NCBI GenBank assembly: GCA_965206595.1
Contig: OZ242214.1
Location: 5,088,001 to 5,152,000 of the forward strand
From: Candidatus Latescibacterota bacterium
GTDB lineage: Bacteria > Latescibacterota > UBA2968 > UBA8231
Direction of reading: 5' to 3'
Length of the DNA: 64,000 bases
Below, one piece after another: positions 18,768 through 29,928 of this stretch (position 1 is its first letter; every line of letters begins with the position of its first letter). Under the pieces are notes generated by a model that was not told where the DNA came from, did no database searches, and was given only the letters and a program-made list of their open reading frames with translations. The position numbers and the translations under genes are program-made.

Positions 18768-19562
18768 TTAAACGGCGATGGCCATCGGAATGGGAGGGTG
18801 CGGGCGGTACTTGACCAGCCTGAAGTCTTCGAGGCGAAAAGAGAAGATGTCCTGGTTGCGGTCCTCTATCACCATCTGCGGCAGTCGGCGTGGGTCGCGG
18901 CGCAGTTGTTCACGCAGCGACTCCACGTGGTTGTTGTAGATGTGAATGTCTCCGCCGGTCCACACGAAATCGCCGGGAACGAATCCGCACACTTGGGAGA
19001 GCATCAGCGTCAACAGGCTGTAGCTGGCGATGTTGAACGGCACTCCGAGCCCGACGTCGCAGCTGCGCTGGTAGAGTTGGCAACTGAGCTTGTTGCCTGC
19101 CACGAAGAACTGGAACAGACAGTGGCAGGGGGGCAGCGCCATGAGGTCGAGCTCTCCGGCGTTCCAGGCCGATACCACGAGCCGGCGACTGTGTGGGTTG
19201 GTGCGCAGCATCGCCACGAGCTGCCCGATCTGATCCACGGTCCGCCCGTCCGGGGTCGCCCACGAGCGCCATTGTTTCCCGTAGATGGGACCGAGGTCCC
19301 CGGAAGCGTCTGCCCATTCGTCCCAGATTCCGACACCGTTTTCGCGCAGGTAGGCGATGTTCGTGTCGCCCTGGAGGAACCACAACAGCTCGTGGATGAT
19401 GGCGCGAAGGTTCAGCTTCTTGGTGGTCAGGCATGGAAACCCCTCGCCGAGGTCGAAACGCATCTGGTGACCGAAGACAGCCAGGGTGCCGGTTCCGGTA
19501 CGGTCCGGTTTTTCGACTCCTTGGTCGAGAATGCGCTCGACCAACTGCAGGTATTGTTTCAC
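18768..19562 (-). CDS. thyA: Thymidylate synthase
   Basis: [32 protein letters not shown]. Confidence 0.98.
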   Translation of the reverse strand: MKQYLQLVERILDQGVEKPDRTGTGTLAVFGHQMRFDLGEGFPCLTTKKLNLRAIIHELLWFLQGDTNIAYLRENGVGIWDEWADASGDLGPIYGKQWRSWATPDGRTVDQIGQLVAMLRTNPHSRRLVVSAWNAGELDLMALPPCHCLFQFFVAGNKLSCQLYQRSCDVGLGVPFNIASYSLLTLMLSQVCGFVPGDFVWTGGDIHIYNNHVESLREQLRRDPRRLPQMVIEDRNQDIFSFRLEDFRLVKYRPHPPIPMAIAV

Positions 19563-19677
19563 AGGTTATTATGCCAGAAAATTGCCATTGAGAGTCGTCC
19601 ACAATATAGGAAAGCGAGGTCGACACGTCCGACACGGGGTCGCGTTCCGACCTCACAATCTGCCGCAAGTTCAAGTG

Positions 19678-19705
19678 TTGACAGCACTTCTAGAGCCAGT
19701 ATACT
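19678..19705 (+). promoter_or_regulatory. Sigma70 promoter of the tRNA pair
   Basis: TTGACA, 16-nt spacer, TATACT ending 11 nt before tRNA-Cys. Confidence 0.75.
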
Positions 19706-19716
19706 TGCTTTTCCGA

Positions 19717-19790
19717 GGCGGCGTAGCCAAGTGGTAAGGCCGAGGCCTGCAAAGCCTTTATCCCCGGTTCGATTCCGGGCGCCGCCTCCA
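19717..19790 (+). tRNA. tRNA-Cys (GCA)
   Basis: Acceptor ggcggcg/cgccgcc, anticodon arm gaggc-ctGCAaa-gcctt, T loop ggttcgattcc, encoded CCA. Confidence 0.97.
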
Positions 19791-19832
19791 TTTTTCCTTC
19801 CATACCGCGCACAGCCCTCGTGCGCACCCGGG

Positions 19833-19921
19833 GCCGGGATGGCGAAATTGGTATACGCGATGGACTTAAAATCCATTGGCCGTTTGCGGCCGTGCCGGTT
19901 CGAATCCGGCTCCCGGCACCA
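19833..19921 (+). tRNA. tRNA-Leu (TAA)
   Basis: Acceptor gccggga/tcccggc, anticodon arm atgga-ctTAAaa-tccat, long variable arm, ggttcgaatcc, CCA. Confidence 0.97.
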
Positions 19922-20071
19922 GAAAAAACCACTGCTCGCGAGCTTCGAAAACCTCTGAAAACGAGGCTCCGCTCCCCTTGCCGCCTGCCCTCGGCCAATC
20001 CGGCTTGGCGGCCGCCCAACCGTGAAACAGCTGCACTCACCCCTGCAACGGTAGAAAGCCGAGGCTTTGTC

Positions 20072-20541
20072 GTGGACAACCGGGTAGGGTTCTTCCTCAA
20101 CCTCGATCAGGGGGGCATGAGTGACGAGGAAGTCGTAGAGATGCTTGCCGAGACCGGGTATCGGTGCATCGAGTACGGACTGCAGCACCTCAACCCCCGA
20201 ACCAGGAGCCCGTCGCAGCTGCGGCAACTGGTGGCAATGACGGAAGCCGGAGGGCTGACGGTGCCGGAATGGGTGATTCAGCGCGAATTCGTACATCGCG
20301 ACGATGCGGTCCGCAGGGACGAGATCGAGCTGACGAGCGAGTGCATCCGCGCCGGCGGCGACCTGGGGATCGAGGTGGTCAACTGCTTTTCATCGCCATG
20401 AAGCAGATCGGCTACCAAGGCTGCCTCAGTGTGGAGTTCGAGGCGTTCGACTACTTCGACGTAATCCTGAAGAAAGACCTCACTCGCGCCGCGCAGCTGT
20501 TCTACCGCGATTTCCAGAGACTGAACGAACAGTTCGGGTAA
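20072..20541 (+). pseudogene. Sugar phosphate isomerase/epimerase (xylose isomerase-like TIM barrel), internally deleted
   Basis: N-terminus (LAETGYRCIEY...GGDLGIEVVNCF) is joined out of frame near 20390 to the C-terminus (AMKQIGYQGCLSVEFE); the central metal-binding part is missing. Confidence 0.7.
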
Positions 20542-20671
20542 AACGGGCCACCAGCTGACCGGACCGCGTGGCTGGAGATAGTGCCTGCCTGTTCCCGCAA
20601 GTACCGGATCCACGAACGAACCAGCATCCGGATCCCGGTGGCTGCTTCCACCTTGAACGCTCTCCGAAGGG

Positions 20672-21259
20672 CTACGGCTTTCTCGCCAGCAGCTGCACGA
20701 CCGCCTCCCGCCTTCCGTTTTCAACCTCGTTCTCCACTTCGGCGAAATGCAGCAGCTCCCAGCCGGCAAACGCACGCCACAATGCCTCCGGATCGACCAA
20801 GTGGCCGGGATTGCTCGGGCCCCAGCCGAATTTCGCCTGGGCCTTCGCATAGGTCTGAAACAGGTAATGGCCACCGCTCTTGAGCGCCGTCCTGACAGAA
20901 GGAAAAAGCGCCGGTTCGTGGAAGTAGAGGTTCGTCGCGAGATCCCATCTCTCCACACCGGCGTCGAAGGACAGCAGATCGGCTGCAATCGTCTCGACTT
21001 CGACGCCTCGTTCGCCTGCGAGTCGGCGGCACCACGCCAATCCCGCCGGGGAGATGTCGACGGCGGTCACCGCGAACCCCTGTTCCGCCAAGTAGACGGC
21101 GTTCCTGCCGGCCCCCGCCGCCAGGCACAGGGCGCGCCCCGGCTTCAGTTCCCCGACCGACCGCACGAGAAACGGCACCGGCTCCCGGTTGGGCTCGAAC
21201 CCCTCCGTTTTGTACCGGGATTCCCATTTCTCCTTGGGAGATGGTGACGGCAGTGCCAT
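20672..21259 (-). CDS. Class I SAM-dependent methyltransferase (TehB-like)
   Basis: KWESRY, ALCLAAGAGRNAVYLA, VTAVDIS. Confidence 0.88.
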   Translation of the reverse strand: MALPSPSPKEKWESRYKTEGFEPNREPVPFLVRSVGELKPGRALCLAAGAGRNAVYLAEQGFAVTAVDISPAGLAWCRRLAGERGVEVETIAADLLSFDAGVERWDLATNLYFHEPALFPSVRTALKSGGHYLFQTYAKAQAKFGWGPSNPGHLVDPEALWRAFAGWELLHFAEVENEVENGRREAVVQLLARKP

Positions 21260-21300
21260 ATTGTAGCAATCCTCAAACCGCTGCTTCAGGAGATAATCCC

Positions 21301-22557
21301 TTGGCCGCCAACCAGGCAACCATTTACTCCCGCGCCTTCTACGGCGACGAGGAAATCACCCTGACCTTTCCCGAGGGATGGGAGGTCACCGTGCTCGCTC
21401 CCGATGCGGCCCCCGCCCTCGGAGAATCCCAGCGCCGCGCGGCATTCGACCAGCCGATCGGGACGCCGCGGATCGCCGACATGGCGCGCGGAAAAAAGAG
21501 CGCCGCCATCGTCGTCGACGATCTCAGCCGGCCGACGCCGGCCAGCGAGCTGATCCCCTCGATACTGCGCGAACTTTCCGAAGCCGGCGTTCCCGCCGGT
21601 GAGATCAGCTTCGTCGTCGGATGCGGTTCGCACCGACCCCTGACCAGGGAAGAGATAGCCCTGAAGGTCGGGGCCGACATCGTCCGCGATTTTCCTGTCA
21701 CCTGTCACAATTTCATGAGCGGAAAGCTGCGCGGCATGGGGAACCTCGAAGATGGGACGCCCGTTTTCATCGATCCGGTCGTCGCCGCCGCCGACTTCAA
21801 AATCTGTCTCGGCGGCGTCTATCCGCACGGTGCGGTCGGGTTCGGCGGCGGTTCCAAGCTGATCCTCCCCGGCGTGTCGGGGTTCGCGACGATGTTCTGC
21901 TTTCACACCTACTACCCCGGCCGCGGCCAGGGTATCATCGAAAACCAGGGCGATCAGCGCGACGGGAGAGACGTCTCCGAAGATGTCGCCCGCCGTATCG
22001 GACTCGACGCCGTCGTAAATACCGTGCTCAATCACAGGCGGCAAGTGGCCGGACTGTTCGTGGGTGATTTTGTCGCCGCTCACCGCCAGGCAGCAGCGTT
22101 CGCCGGGAAAACGTACGGGACCGCCATCCCGGAGCAGGTACGGCGCCAGACCGATCTTCTCGTAGTCAACTGTTACCCTCTCGACTCCGACCCGATCCAG
22201 ACGGGCAAGGCGCTGTGGCCGCGGCGGTATTTCGACCGCACCTACACGGTCGCCATCAATCCCGCCTGCGACGGAATCTCCTACCACGGCCTGTACGACC
22301 GCCTGAACTACGAGCGCTTCCTGGAGAAAGAAAAGTCCCGGCCTTCGGCTGAATTCCCGCCGCCCCGAATCGGCAAACCGGACCAGACACTGGTCTGGTC
22401 CGAGCATTTTCCCGCTGCGGACTTCTACGAAAGACATCCTCAGGACATCCTCTTCCACGATTGGGAAAACCTGTTGTCCCAGCTGGCGGGCAGGCTGCCG
22501 GGCAAGGCGCGCGTCGCCCTGTTCCCATTCGCCAGCATCCAGCTCCTCGCCGACTGA
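21301..22557 (+). CDS. Lactate racemase (LarA)-domain protein
   Basis: IVVDDLSRPTP, GSHRP, YPH..VGFGGGSKLILPG motifs of the LarA superfamily. Start approximate. Confidence 0.85.
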   Translation: MAANQATIYSRAFYGDEEITLTFPEGWEVTVLAPDAAPALGESQRRAAFDQPIGTPRIADMARGKKSAAIVVDDLSRPTPASELIPSILRELSEAGVPAGEISFVVGCGSHRPLTREEIALKVGADIVRDFPVTCHNFMSGKLRGMGNLEDGTPVFIDPVVAAADFKICLGGVYPHGAVGFGGGSKLILPGVSGFATMFCFHTYYPGRGQGIIENQGDQRDGRDVSEDVARRIGLDAVVNTVLNHRRQVAGLFVGDFVAAHRQAAAFAGKTYGTAIPEQVRRQTDLLVVNCYPLDSDPIQTGKALWPRRYFDRTYTVAINPACDGISYHGLYDRLNYERFLEKEKSRPSAEFPPPRIGKPDQTLVWSEHFPAADFYERHPQDILFHDWENLLSQLAGRLPGKARVALFPFASIQLLAD

Positions 22558-22648
22558 GCGAAGCCTGCACGGCAATTCGGCCCAACCAACCGCAAAAAAC
22601 CATCGGGGGATCCAGGCAAGGCAGGGCGCCAAACCGTAGCAGCGGACG

Positions 22649-23595
22649 CTACTTCCGGTCTCCTGTGCCGTAGCCCCCGTCGAAGAACGTCTTGAGGCCG
22701 GGGTGCTCCTGGATGTAGCTCTTGAGCTCGAGCACGATGTTCTCCTGCAGCTGAATGCTGAGCCCGCCGTCGACAGGCAGGACCACGCCGGTGATGAAAG
22801 CGGCCTCCTCCGAGCAGAGAAAGGAGACCGCGTTGCCGATGTCCTCCGGCACCCCGGTGCGCCGCACCGGATACTGCAGCTCGTGCAGTCTGAATCCGGC
22901 TTCGTTTGCAACCTCCGACCACAGCTTCTCCAGGCCCTCGGTTACAATGTGTCCCGGGGCAATGGCGTTGACGGTGATTCCGAGCGGCCCGAAGTCGATC
23001 GCCATCTGGCGCGTGAGCCCGATTACCGCGGCCTTTCCGGTTCGTACACCATGGTCCCTGCCGCCTGCAGCAGACCGTGCACGGAGGAGATGTTGACGAT
23101 GCGGCCGACCTCCATGGGCGGGGGAGAGCCGTGGCGTAGCCCGCCGCCCGCCCACGGCCCCGGATCGAACCCGGACGGCGGACCCGAATCCGTCATCGCC
23201 GGCACCCCGTACTTGGCGCCGAGGAAATGGGCCATCACCAGCAGGTCCATTCCCTTCCGCCAGGAATCGACGTCCACCTCGAGAGCGCTGCCGTCGGAAA
23301 ATCCGATCACTCCGTAGGCGTTCTGAACGAGAATGTCGAGGCGTCCGTACTCGTCGACGGCGCGCTCCACCATGCTCCGGGCGACCTCTTCCTTCGATAC
23401 GTCGCCGCGCATGGAGGACGCCGCACCTCCCGCCTCCCGGACCCGCCCGGCGCTGGCATCAGCTCCGGCCTCGTCGATGTCCACGATGAGGACCTTCGAC
23501 CCGTCGGCAGCCAGTTTGCGGGCGATGCCGGCGCCTATTCCGGTAGCCCCACCGGTAACGATGGCTGCCTTGCCCTGGTGTTTCATCTTGTTCAT
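22649..23595 (-). pseudogene. SDR family oxidoreductase, frameshifted
   Basis: TGGATGIG and NISS in one frame; the YxxxK motif is broken (YE|TGKAAV) by one missing A near 23041. Confidence 0.85.
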
Positions 23596-23781
23596 GGTCC
23601 TTCCCTCCTTTTGGGGTCAAACTGTCCCGCTTCTCCTTGCAGCGGTCAAGCTCTTCGTGGCAACTCCGCCATAGTTTGGTTAGCCTGAAGGTCCCGTTGA
23701 ACCCATCCTGTCTGTGGCCTCCGCCGGAGAACTGGCCGCATCAACGGGCTTACTCCATCGCTTTCAGCCCGCCACGAATCG

Positions 23782-24683
23782 TTGAACGCTTCCAATCGCT
23801 TCGCGCCGGTTCTGGCTGCATCGAGCGCCTGCATCCTGGGCGGCACGATGGCCGTCGCCATGCGCTATCTGGTATCCTCCATCGAGCCGGTCACCCTCGC
23901 CATTTTCGCACCGGCGCAGGTGTCCTCTGTCTGTTGCCGGCGGCCTTGCTGACCCCGGGTCCCCGGTTCGCGCGGGGCGACCTGCTGCCGATTGCCCTCC
24001 TTGGAGTGATGTTCTTCGCGCTGTTCGGTCCCGGGTTCGCAACCGCCCTGAAGTACACCACCGCAACGCGTGCCGCCACCGAGATGGCCTTGGCGCCGAT
24101 CGTCACCCTGCTGGCTGCCGCGGCGATCGGACGCGAGTCGCTTACGCGCAACAAGCTGCTCGGGGCCCTGCTCTCCATCGCCGGAGTCGTCGTCGTCGTT
24201 AGTGAGCCGGCTTCTTCGAGCGCTGCCCAGGAAAGCCTGCGGGGAGACGCGATCGTCCTCGGGCTGGTCTGCCTGATCGCCCTTTTCAACACCTTGAGCC
24301 GTCCGTTCCTGCAGCGCTACCCACCGGTTCGCGTCACGACCTGCTTCATGGCTTGCGGATGGCTGGCGATGTTCTTGGTAGCACTGGCCGCGGACTGGAT
24401 CGAGCCGTTCCCGGAGCTTTCGGCCCTTCAATGGCTCGTTCTTCTCTACCTGGGCACCGTCGTCAGTGCCGTTCCCTCCTTCCTCTACCACTGGGCCCTG
24501 GGCAGAATCGAGGCAGGGCAGGTGACGGTGACTCTGGGGTTGAACCCGATTTCAGCGGCGTTTTTCGGAGTGCTGCTGCTCTCGGAGCCGCTCGCCTGGC
24601 AGCTTCTGGCCGGGCTCGTGCTGGTTCTGGCGGGGATATATCTTTCCGCCCGCCCGCTGGAGAAGAAACCCTCCCGACCTTAG
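23782..24683 (+). pseudogene. DMT/EamA family transporter, frameshifted
   Basis: Ten TM-like segments, PIVT...GRE and LNPISA..G..LL.E motifs; one T missing from the T-run near 23905. Confidence 0.8.
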
Positions 24684-24688
24684 CGACC

Positions 24689-25918
24689 GTGCCGGCCAGA
24701 CCAATCTGCTGTTCATCATCGCCGACCAGCTGCGCCACGACTTTCCAGGCTGTTACGGCGCCCCCTTCATCGCTAGCCCGAACATTGACCGCATCGCGGG
24801 CGAAGGGGTGCTTTACGAGCAGGCGTACAGCCCCCACCCCGTCTGCGTGTCAGCCCGCGTTGTCCTGCTGACCGGCTTGGACGCCGTCAAGACAGGGGTC
24901 ACCAACAACGGCCAGTTCCTGCGCCCGGATCACGCCGAAGCAGGTCTGCCTGCGTGGCCTCAGATGTTGCCTGCTGGACGGGTATTTCACCAGCGCCATA
25001 GGCAAGATGCATTTCTATCCCTGGGATGCGGCGTTCGGCTTCGCCCACCGCGTCATCTGCGAAGACAAGCGCTGGCAGCTTATCCAGGACGACTACTTCC
25101 ACTTTCTCGCCCGCCACGGCCACCGCAAGTACCACGGCAACGAGCACGAGGGGTATTTCGAGAACCGCGGGGCAATCGTCAGCCTGCTGCCCTGGGAGTG
25201 CTACTGGGACGGCTTCGTCGGCCGCGAAGCGGCCGCCTTTCTTCGCACCTGCGACAGCAGGGCCGTTCGCGGGGATGGTGAGCTTTCCGGGGCCTCACTG
25301 CCCGTACGACCCGACCCCGGAATACCTCGCCCGGTTCGACGAGGCGGACATGCCGGTCGCGGTTCCAGAAGTGGAGGGAGATCACCCCGAACCCCGTCCC
25401 TCAACGTCGAGGGCAACAAGCTGCCCTGGAACGGCGTCGATTACAGCGAGTTCACCGAGGCCCACAAGCGCAGGATCCGCGCCCATTACGCGGCGATGGT
25501 AAAGCAGATCGACGACCAGGCCGGTGAGATTCTGGCGGTCCTGGAAGAGAAGGGAACTCTCGATGACACGCTGGTTCTGTTCACCTCCGACCACGGGGAC
25601 AGCCTCGGCGACCACAACCTCAATGGAAAGGGAACCTTCTTCGAGGGCAGCTGCCACATTCCGCTCGTCGTAAAGCCGTCTCGAAGCGGAGACGCCCATC
25701 GTCTACCGCCTTCAAGCCGCTGCAGCGACTTGGTTTCCCTGACCGACGTCACCGCCACCCTGCTCCCTTTCGCCGGCGTCGACCTGCCGGAGTACATGGA
25801 CTCGCTGCCGCTGCCCGGCCTCGGCCTGCCCACGCGGCAACGCGACGCGCAGGGCCGGCTACGCCGGCTGATTTGCGCTGCCGGCACCGACCGTGAGAGT
25901 TTGGCGGGCGCCTCGTAG
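24689..25918 (+). pseudogene. Sulfatase, multiply frameshifted and truncated
   Basis: NLLFIIADQLR, SPNIDRIA, PVCVSAR, GKMHF, FPGPHCPYDP, FTSDHG, HIPLVV spread over three frames. Confidence 0.85.
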
Positions 25919-25949
25919 AATACCTTCTTACGCAACCGGCGGGGAGCCC

Positions 25950-27143
25950 ATGGACTTTTCCATCGACAGGAAACACGACGAGCTGCGCCATCGGGCACGC
26001 GAGTTCTGCGAGCGCGAGATAGTCCCCCATATCCGTGCATGGGACCGCGCCGGAAGTTTCCCGGAGGGCATTGTCGCAAAGCTTGGGCAAGAGGGATTTC
26101 TCGGGCTATGCATCCCCGAGTCCGAGGGGGGCAGGGGGCAGGATTACCTCGCACTCGGGCTGTTGTGCGAGGAGCTGGAGCGCGCCGACTCCGCCTTCCG
26201 GGTACTGCTCTCCGTTCACCTCGGGCTCAACACGCTGGCGCTCCTGCAATGGGGCACCGAGGAACAGAAACGGCGCTTCTTGCGGCCACAGGCGCAGGGC
26301 GAGAAACTCGCGGCCTTCGGGCTGACGGAACCGGAAGCCGGCAGCGACGTCGCCGCCCTCAGGTGCAGCGCCAGGCGTGAAGGAGATGCCTACGTCCTCA
26401 ACGGGGACAAGAGCTGGATCGGCTTCGCCGACGCCGCCGATCACTTGCTGATATTCGCCAGGACAGGTCCCGGGGTCGGAAGCAGCGGCCTCTCTGCATT
26501 CATAGTGGAGCGGGGCGCGCCGGGTCTGCGTACGTCGAGCATTGAGCACAAGCTCGGCGGACGCGCCGGCAACACCGGCCGCGTTTCGCTGCGCGACGTA
26601 GCAGTCTCCTTGGAGAACCGACTGGGAGGCGAAGGAGAGGGCTTCAAGATCGCGATGAGCGCCCTCGACAACGGGCGCTACACGGCGGCTGCCGGTGCCG
26701 TCGGGTTGATCGATGCCTGCCTCGAGGCAAGCGCAAGTTTCGCCCGCGGCCGGGCGGCTTTCGGACAGGCGATCGGCAGGCAGCAGCTCGTGCAGCGGAA
26801 AATCGCGAAAATGGTGGCCGGCAGGGACATCGGGCGCCTGCTCTGGCAAAAGGTCGGCTGGCTGAAAAACCAGGGCTGGCGCTGCACCCGCGAGGTCTCC
26901 CTCGCCAAGTGGATCAACTGCCGCAACGCCTTCGCTGCGGCCGATGACGCGGTGCAGATTCACGGGGCGCGCGGGTACAGCGACGAGTTCCCGGTGGAGC
27001 GTTACCTGCGCAACGCCCGCGGCTCCCGCATCTACGAAGGGACCGAAGAGATTCATCAGATCCTGCAGGCGGAATACGCCCTCGGCTACCGCGGGGACAA
27101 ACCCTTGGAACGGGAGCTTCCCGGGTTCGGCGGACCCGGCTGA
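25950..27143 (+). CDS. Acyl-CoA dehydrogenase family protein
   Basis: AFGLTEPEAGSD, LNGDKSWI, QIHGARGY, IYEGTEEI. Confidence 0.93.
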   Translation: MDFSIDRKHDELRHRAREFCEREIVPHIRAWDRAGSFPEGIVAKLGQEGFLGLCIPESEGGRGQDYLALGLLCEELERADSAFRVLLSVHLGLNTLALLQWGTEEQKRRFLRPQAQGEKLAAFGLTEPEAGSDVAALRCSARREGDAYVLNGDKSWIGFADAADHLLIFARTGPGVGSSGLSAFIVERGAPGLRTSSIEHKLGGRAGNTGRVSLRDVAVSLENRLGGEGEGFKIAMSALDNGRYTAAAGAVGLIDACLEASASFARGRAAFGQAIGRQQLVQRKIAKMVAGRDIGRLLWQKVGWLKNQGWRCTREVSLAKWINCRNAFAAADDAVQIHGARGYSDEFPVERYLRNARGSRIYEGTEEIHQILQAEYALGYRGDKPLERELPGFGGPG

Positions 27144-27160
27144 AACCCGGAAAGCACACC

Positions 27161-28789
27161 ATGTACGAAAGAGATCTGGAGCGACGACCCGCCAACTACG
27201 CGCCACTGACGCCCCTCAGCTTTCTGGCGCGGGCTGCCCAGGTATACCCCGCCAGGAAAGCGGTCATCTACGGCGAGCAGTGGCGGGACTTCGGCACTTT
27301 GTACGGCCGCTGCCGCCAACTGGCCTCGGCGTTGCGTAAAACCGGGATCGGGAGGGGGGACACGGTGTCGGTGCTGGCGCCGAACGTTCCCGCCATGGTG
27401 GAAGCCCATTTTGCCGTGCCGATGACCGGGGCCGTTCTCAACACGATCAACACCCGACTCGATGCCGCCACCGTGGCCTTCATCCTCACCCACGGGGAAG
27501 CCAAGGTGCTGCTCGTCGACAGCGAGCTGGCCTGTCTCGCCGCCGAGGCACTCTCCCGCATGCAGGGGAAACCGCCCCTCGTCGTCGCCATCGATGACGA
27601 GCTCGCCGGTGCGGATGGTGAGGGCGGGGCTGCCGGCGAGATCGAATACGAAGGGTTCCTCGCCCGCGGCTGCAGCGACTTCGCCTGGGAACCGCCCGAA
27701 GACGAATGGCAGGCGATCTCCCTCAACTACACCTCCGGAACCACCGGCAACCCCAAGGGAGTCGTCTACCACCACCGCGGCGCCTACCTGAACGCGCTCG
27801 GCAACGTCATGGCCCTGCAGATGAGTCCGCGCACGGTATACCTGTGGACGTTGCCGATGTTCCACTGCAACGGCTGGTGCCATCCGTGGGCCCTGGCCGC
27901 GGCAGGCGCCACCCAGGTCTGCCTGCGCAGGACGGAGCCGGCGGCGATCTTTGCCGCAATCGCCCGCTATGGAGTCACTCACATGTGCGGGGCCCCGGTG
28001 GTGCTCAGCATGCTCATCCACGCCCAGGACGAGGCGAAACAGCGCTTCGACCACGAGGTGCAGGTCGCCTCCGGGGGTGCCTCCCCCCCGAGTGCGGTCA
28101 TCGCCAGCATGGCCGGGATGGGGTTCCGGGTGCACCACCTGTACGGACTGACCGAGACCTACGGCCCGGCGACGTTGTGCGCCTGGCAGCAGGATTGGGA
28201 CGATCTCGACGAGAAGTCGCAGGCCGAACGGATCGCCCGTCAGGGAGTGGCGTTGCCGACCCTCGAAGAGGTGAGCGTGTGCGATCCCGAAAGCTTCGAG
28301 GAGGTCCCTGCGGACGGGGCGACAATCGGGGAGATCATGGTGCGGGGCAACACTGTGATGAAGGGGTACCTCAAGAACGGCGAGGCCTCGCGGGCGGCCT
28401 TTGCCGGAGGATGGTTCCACACCGGCGACCTCGGCGTCGTCCACGAGGACGGATACGTCGAGGTAAAGGACCGCTCCAAGGACATAATCATCTCGGGCGG
28501 GGAGAACATCTCGACCCTCGAGGTCGAGGAGGTCCTCTACCGCCACCCCGCGGTGATGGAAGCCGCGGTGGTTGCCCGCCCCGACGACAAGTGGGGGGAA
28601 ACCCCCTGCGCCTTCGTCGCCCTGGCGCCGTCAGCTGAACCGGTCACCGCCGACGAGCTCCTCAGGTACTGCCGCGACCACCTCGCTCACTTCAAGGCGC
28701 CCAGGACAGTAGTGTTCGGTGAGCTCCCAAAAACTTCGACAGGAAAGATCCAGAAATTCCTGCTGCGCGAGCGGGCGGCTGCCCTGTGA
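27161..28789 (+). CDS. Acyl-CoA synthetase (AMP-binding)
   Basis: YTSGTTGNPKG, YGLTE, WFHTGDL, KTSTGKIQK. Confidence 0.95.
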   Translation: MYERDLERRPANYAPLTPLSFLARAAQVYPARKAVIYGEQWRDFGTLYGRCRQLASALRKTGIGRGDTVSVLAPNVPAMVEAHFAVPMTGAVLNTINTRLDAATVAFILTHGEAKVLLVDSELACLAAEALSRMQGKPPLVVAIDDELAGADGEGGAAGEIEYEGFLARGCSDFAWEPPEDEWQAISLNYTSGTTGNPKGVVYHHRGAYLNALGNVMALQMSPRTVYLWTLPMFHCNGWCHPWALAAAGATQVCLRRTEPAAIFAAIARYGVTHMCGAPVVLSMLIHAQDEAKQRFDHEVQVASGGASPPSAVIASMAGMGFRVHHLYGLTETYGPATLCAWQQDWDDLDEKSQAERIARQGVALPTLEEVSVCDPESFEEVPADGATIGEIMVRGNTVMKGYLKNGEASRAAFAGGWFHTGDLGVVHEDGYVEVKDRSKDIIISGGENISTLEVEEVLYRHPAVMEAAVVARPDDKWGETPCAFVALAPSAEPVTADELLRYCRDHLAHFKAPRTVVFGELPKTSTGKIQKFLLRERAAAL

Positions 28790-28866
28790 GCCGGAAGCCC
28801 TTCGAGCCTGCCAGCTCTGCCGCGATGGGCTTCCCCGAACCGCAGCATCCCCCGAGAAAGGGGTGC

Positions 28867-29187
28867 TCAACCGGACAGCTCGGCGAGAACTTCCTCCATC
28901 GACCAAAGGCGCTCGGCATTTTCGATCAGTGCATCTATGATGAATGGATGCGCCTTGACCGTGCGGTTGTCGATGAACTCGAAGCCGGGGGACCAGTTGC
29001 CCTTGGTATCCCTCGTGTACATGCTGCTGTCCTCTATGACGGTAATCTCGCCGTCTCGGCCTTCTGCGCCTTTGTACCTGTACTGGGCCACGATCTTCCT
29101 CCCGTGATCAGCTCCTGTGCACTGCTGGATAACAAGCAAATCGCGTGCCAATAACACACCGAAAACTGTCTGATTCGCCCAACTCAT
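28867..29187 (-). CDS. Hypothetical protein (about 106 aa)
   Basis: Protein-like composition in an otherwise unexplained gap; no recognisable family; start uncertain. Confidence 0.45.
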   Translation of the reverse strand: MSWANQTVFGVLLARDLLVIQQCTGADHGRKIVAQYRYKGAEGRDGEITVIEDSSMYTRDTKGNWSPGFEFIDNRTVKAHPFIIDALIENAERLWSMEEVLAELSG

Positions 29188-29643
29188 TGTTGCACATGGT
29201 AGTTGGGGAAACACTCCGGGTGGCGACAATTCTCCTGCAGGATCCGAGAACCGAGGGTTGCACTCAGGAATCTGGTACGGGGTCATGCTTTTTCTATATA
29301 AGGAAGGGTTGCCGCATGCACCCGGTGATGGACCCATGCACTGGGGGACAGAGACCATGGAACCGGTCCCGGTGCCGGTATGCATAGCACGGCACACACC
29401 CCGTTTCCGGCAGGTTACAACCGGGGGCATCACGTTTCCCCGACGCACTTGCCCGCTCGATAGGCCGAGTGGCCGGAATGTGAACGGCGCCCGTGCTCGA
29501 TGTGAAATCCTTTTCCAACGGAAGCGCAAATTCTGTTTACGGTTCATGCCACAGAGTCTCCACCTCATGGTTTACCGCGTTCTCCTCCCGGCGCACATGG
29601 TGACTTTGAGCACCGGGCCCGCAACACTTTCTTTCCGGGTAAA

Positions 29644-29922
29644 ATGCCGAAAGTCGAAATATACTTGAGCCCGTTCTGCGGGTACTGCTGGAAGGTGCGC
29701 CTGATGCTTTGGCGAAAGGGGATTCGATATACCAAGATCCCCATTCGCTTCTACTTCGGCTTCAAGCTGCCGACCGCCAACTTCAAGGAAATGCTGCGTC
29801 GCAGCGATGGGGATCGCACAATCCCTCAGATCTTCGTCGACGGGAAGTACCTGGGAACCGAGGAGACCCTCGACGAGCTCGCCCGCCGCGGTGAGCTGGA
29901 AAAACGCCTGAGAGACGCCTGA
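29644..29922 (+). CDS. Glutaredoxin
   Basis: CGYC active site, RTIPQIFVDGKYLG, GEL. Confidence 0.88.
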   Translation: MPKVEIYLSPFCGYCWKVRLMLWRKGIRYTKIPIRFYFGFKLPTANFKEMLRRSDGDRTIPQIFVDGKYLGTEETLDELARRGELEKRLRDA

Positions 29923-29928
29923 GCGACG

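Noticed and set aside
19717-20100. tRNA-Leu as integration site of a genomic island
   Set aside because: Gene content changes after it, but I saw no integrase and no duplicated tRNA 3' end in the window.
29413-29442. Cobalamin-riboswitch-like words on the minus strand (ggggaaac...tgcccccg..tgtaa)
   Set aside because: Spacing and the other conserved elements do not fit; no B12-related gene downstream.
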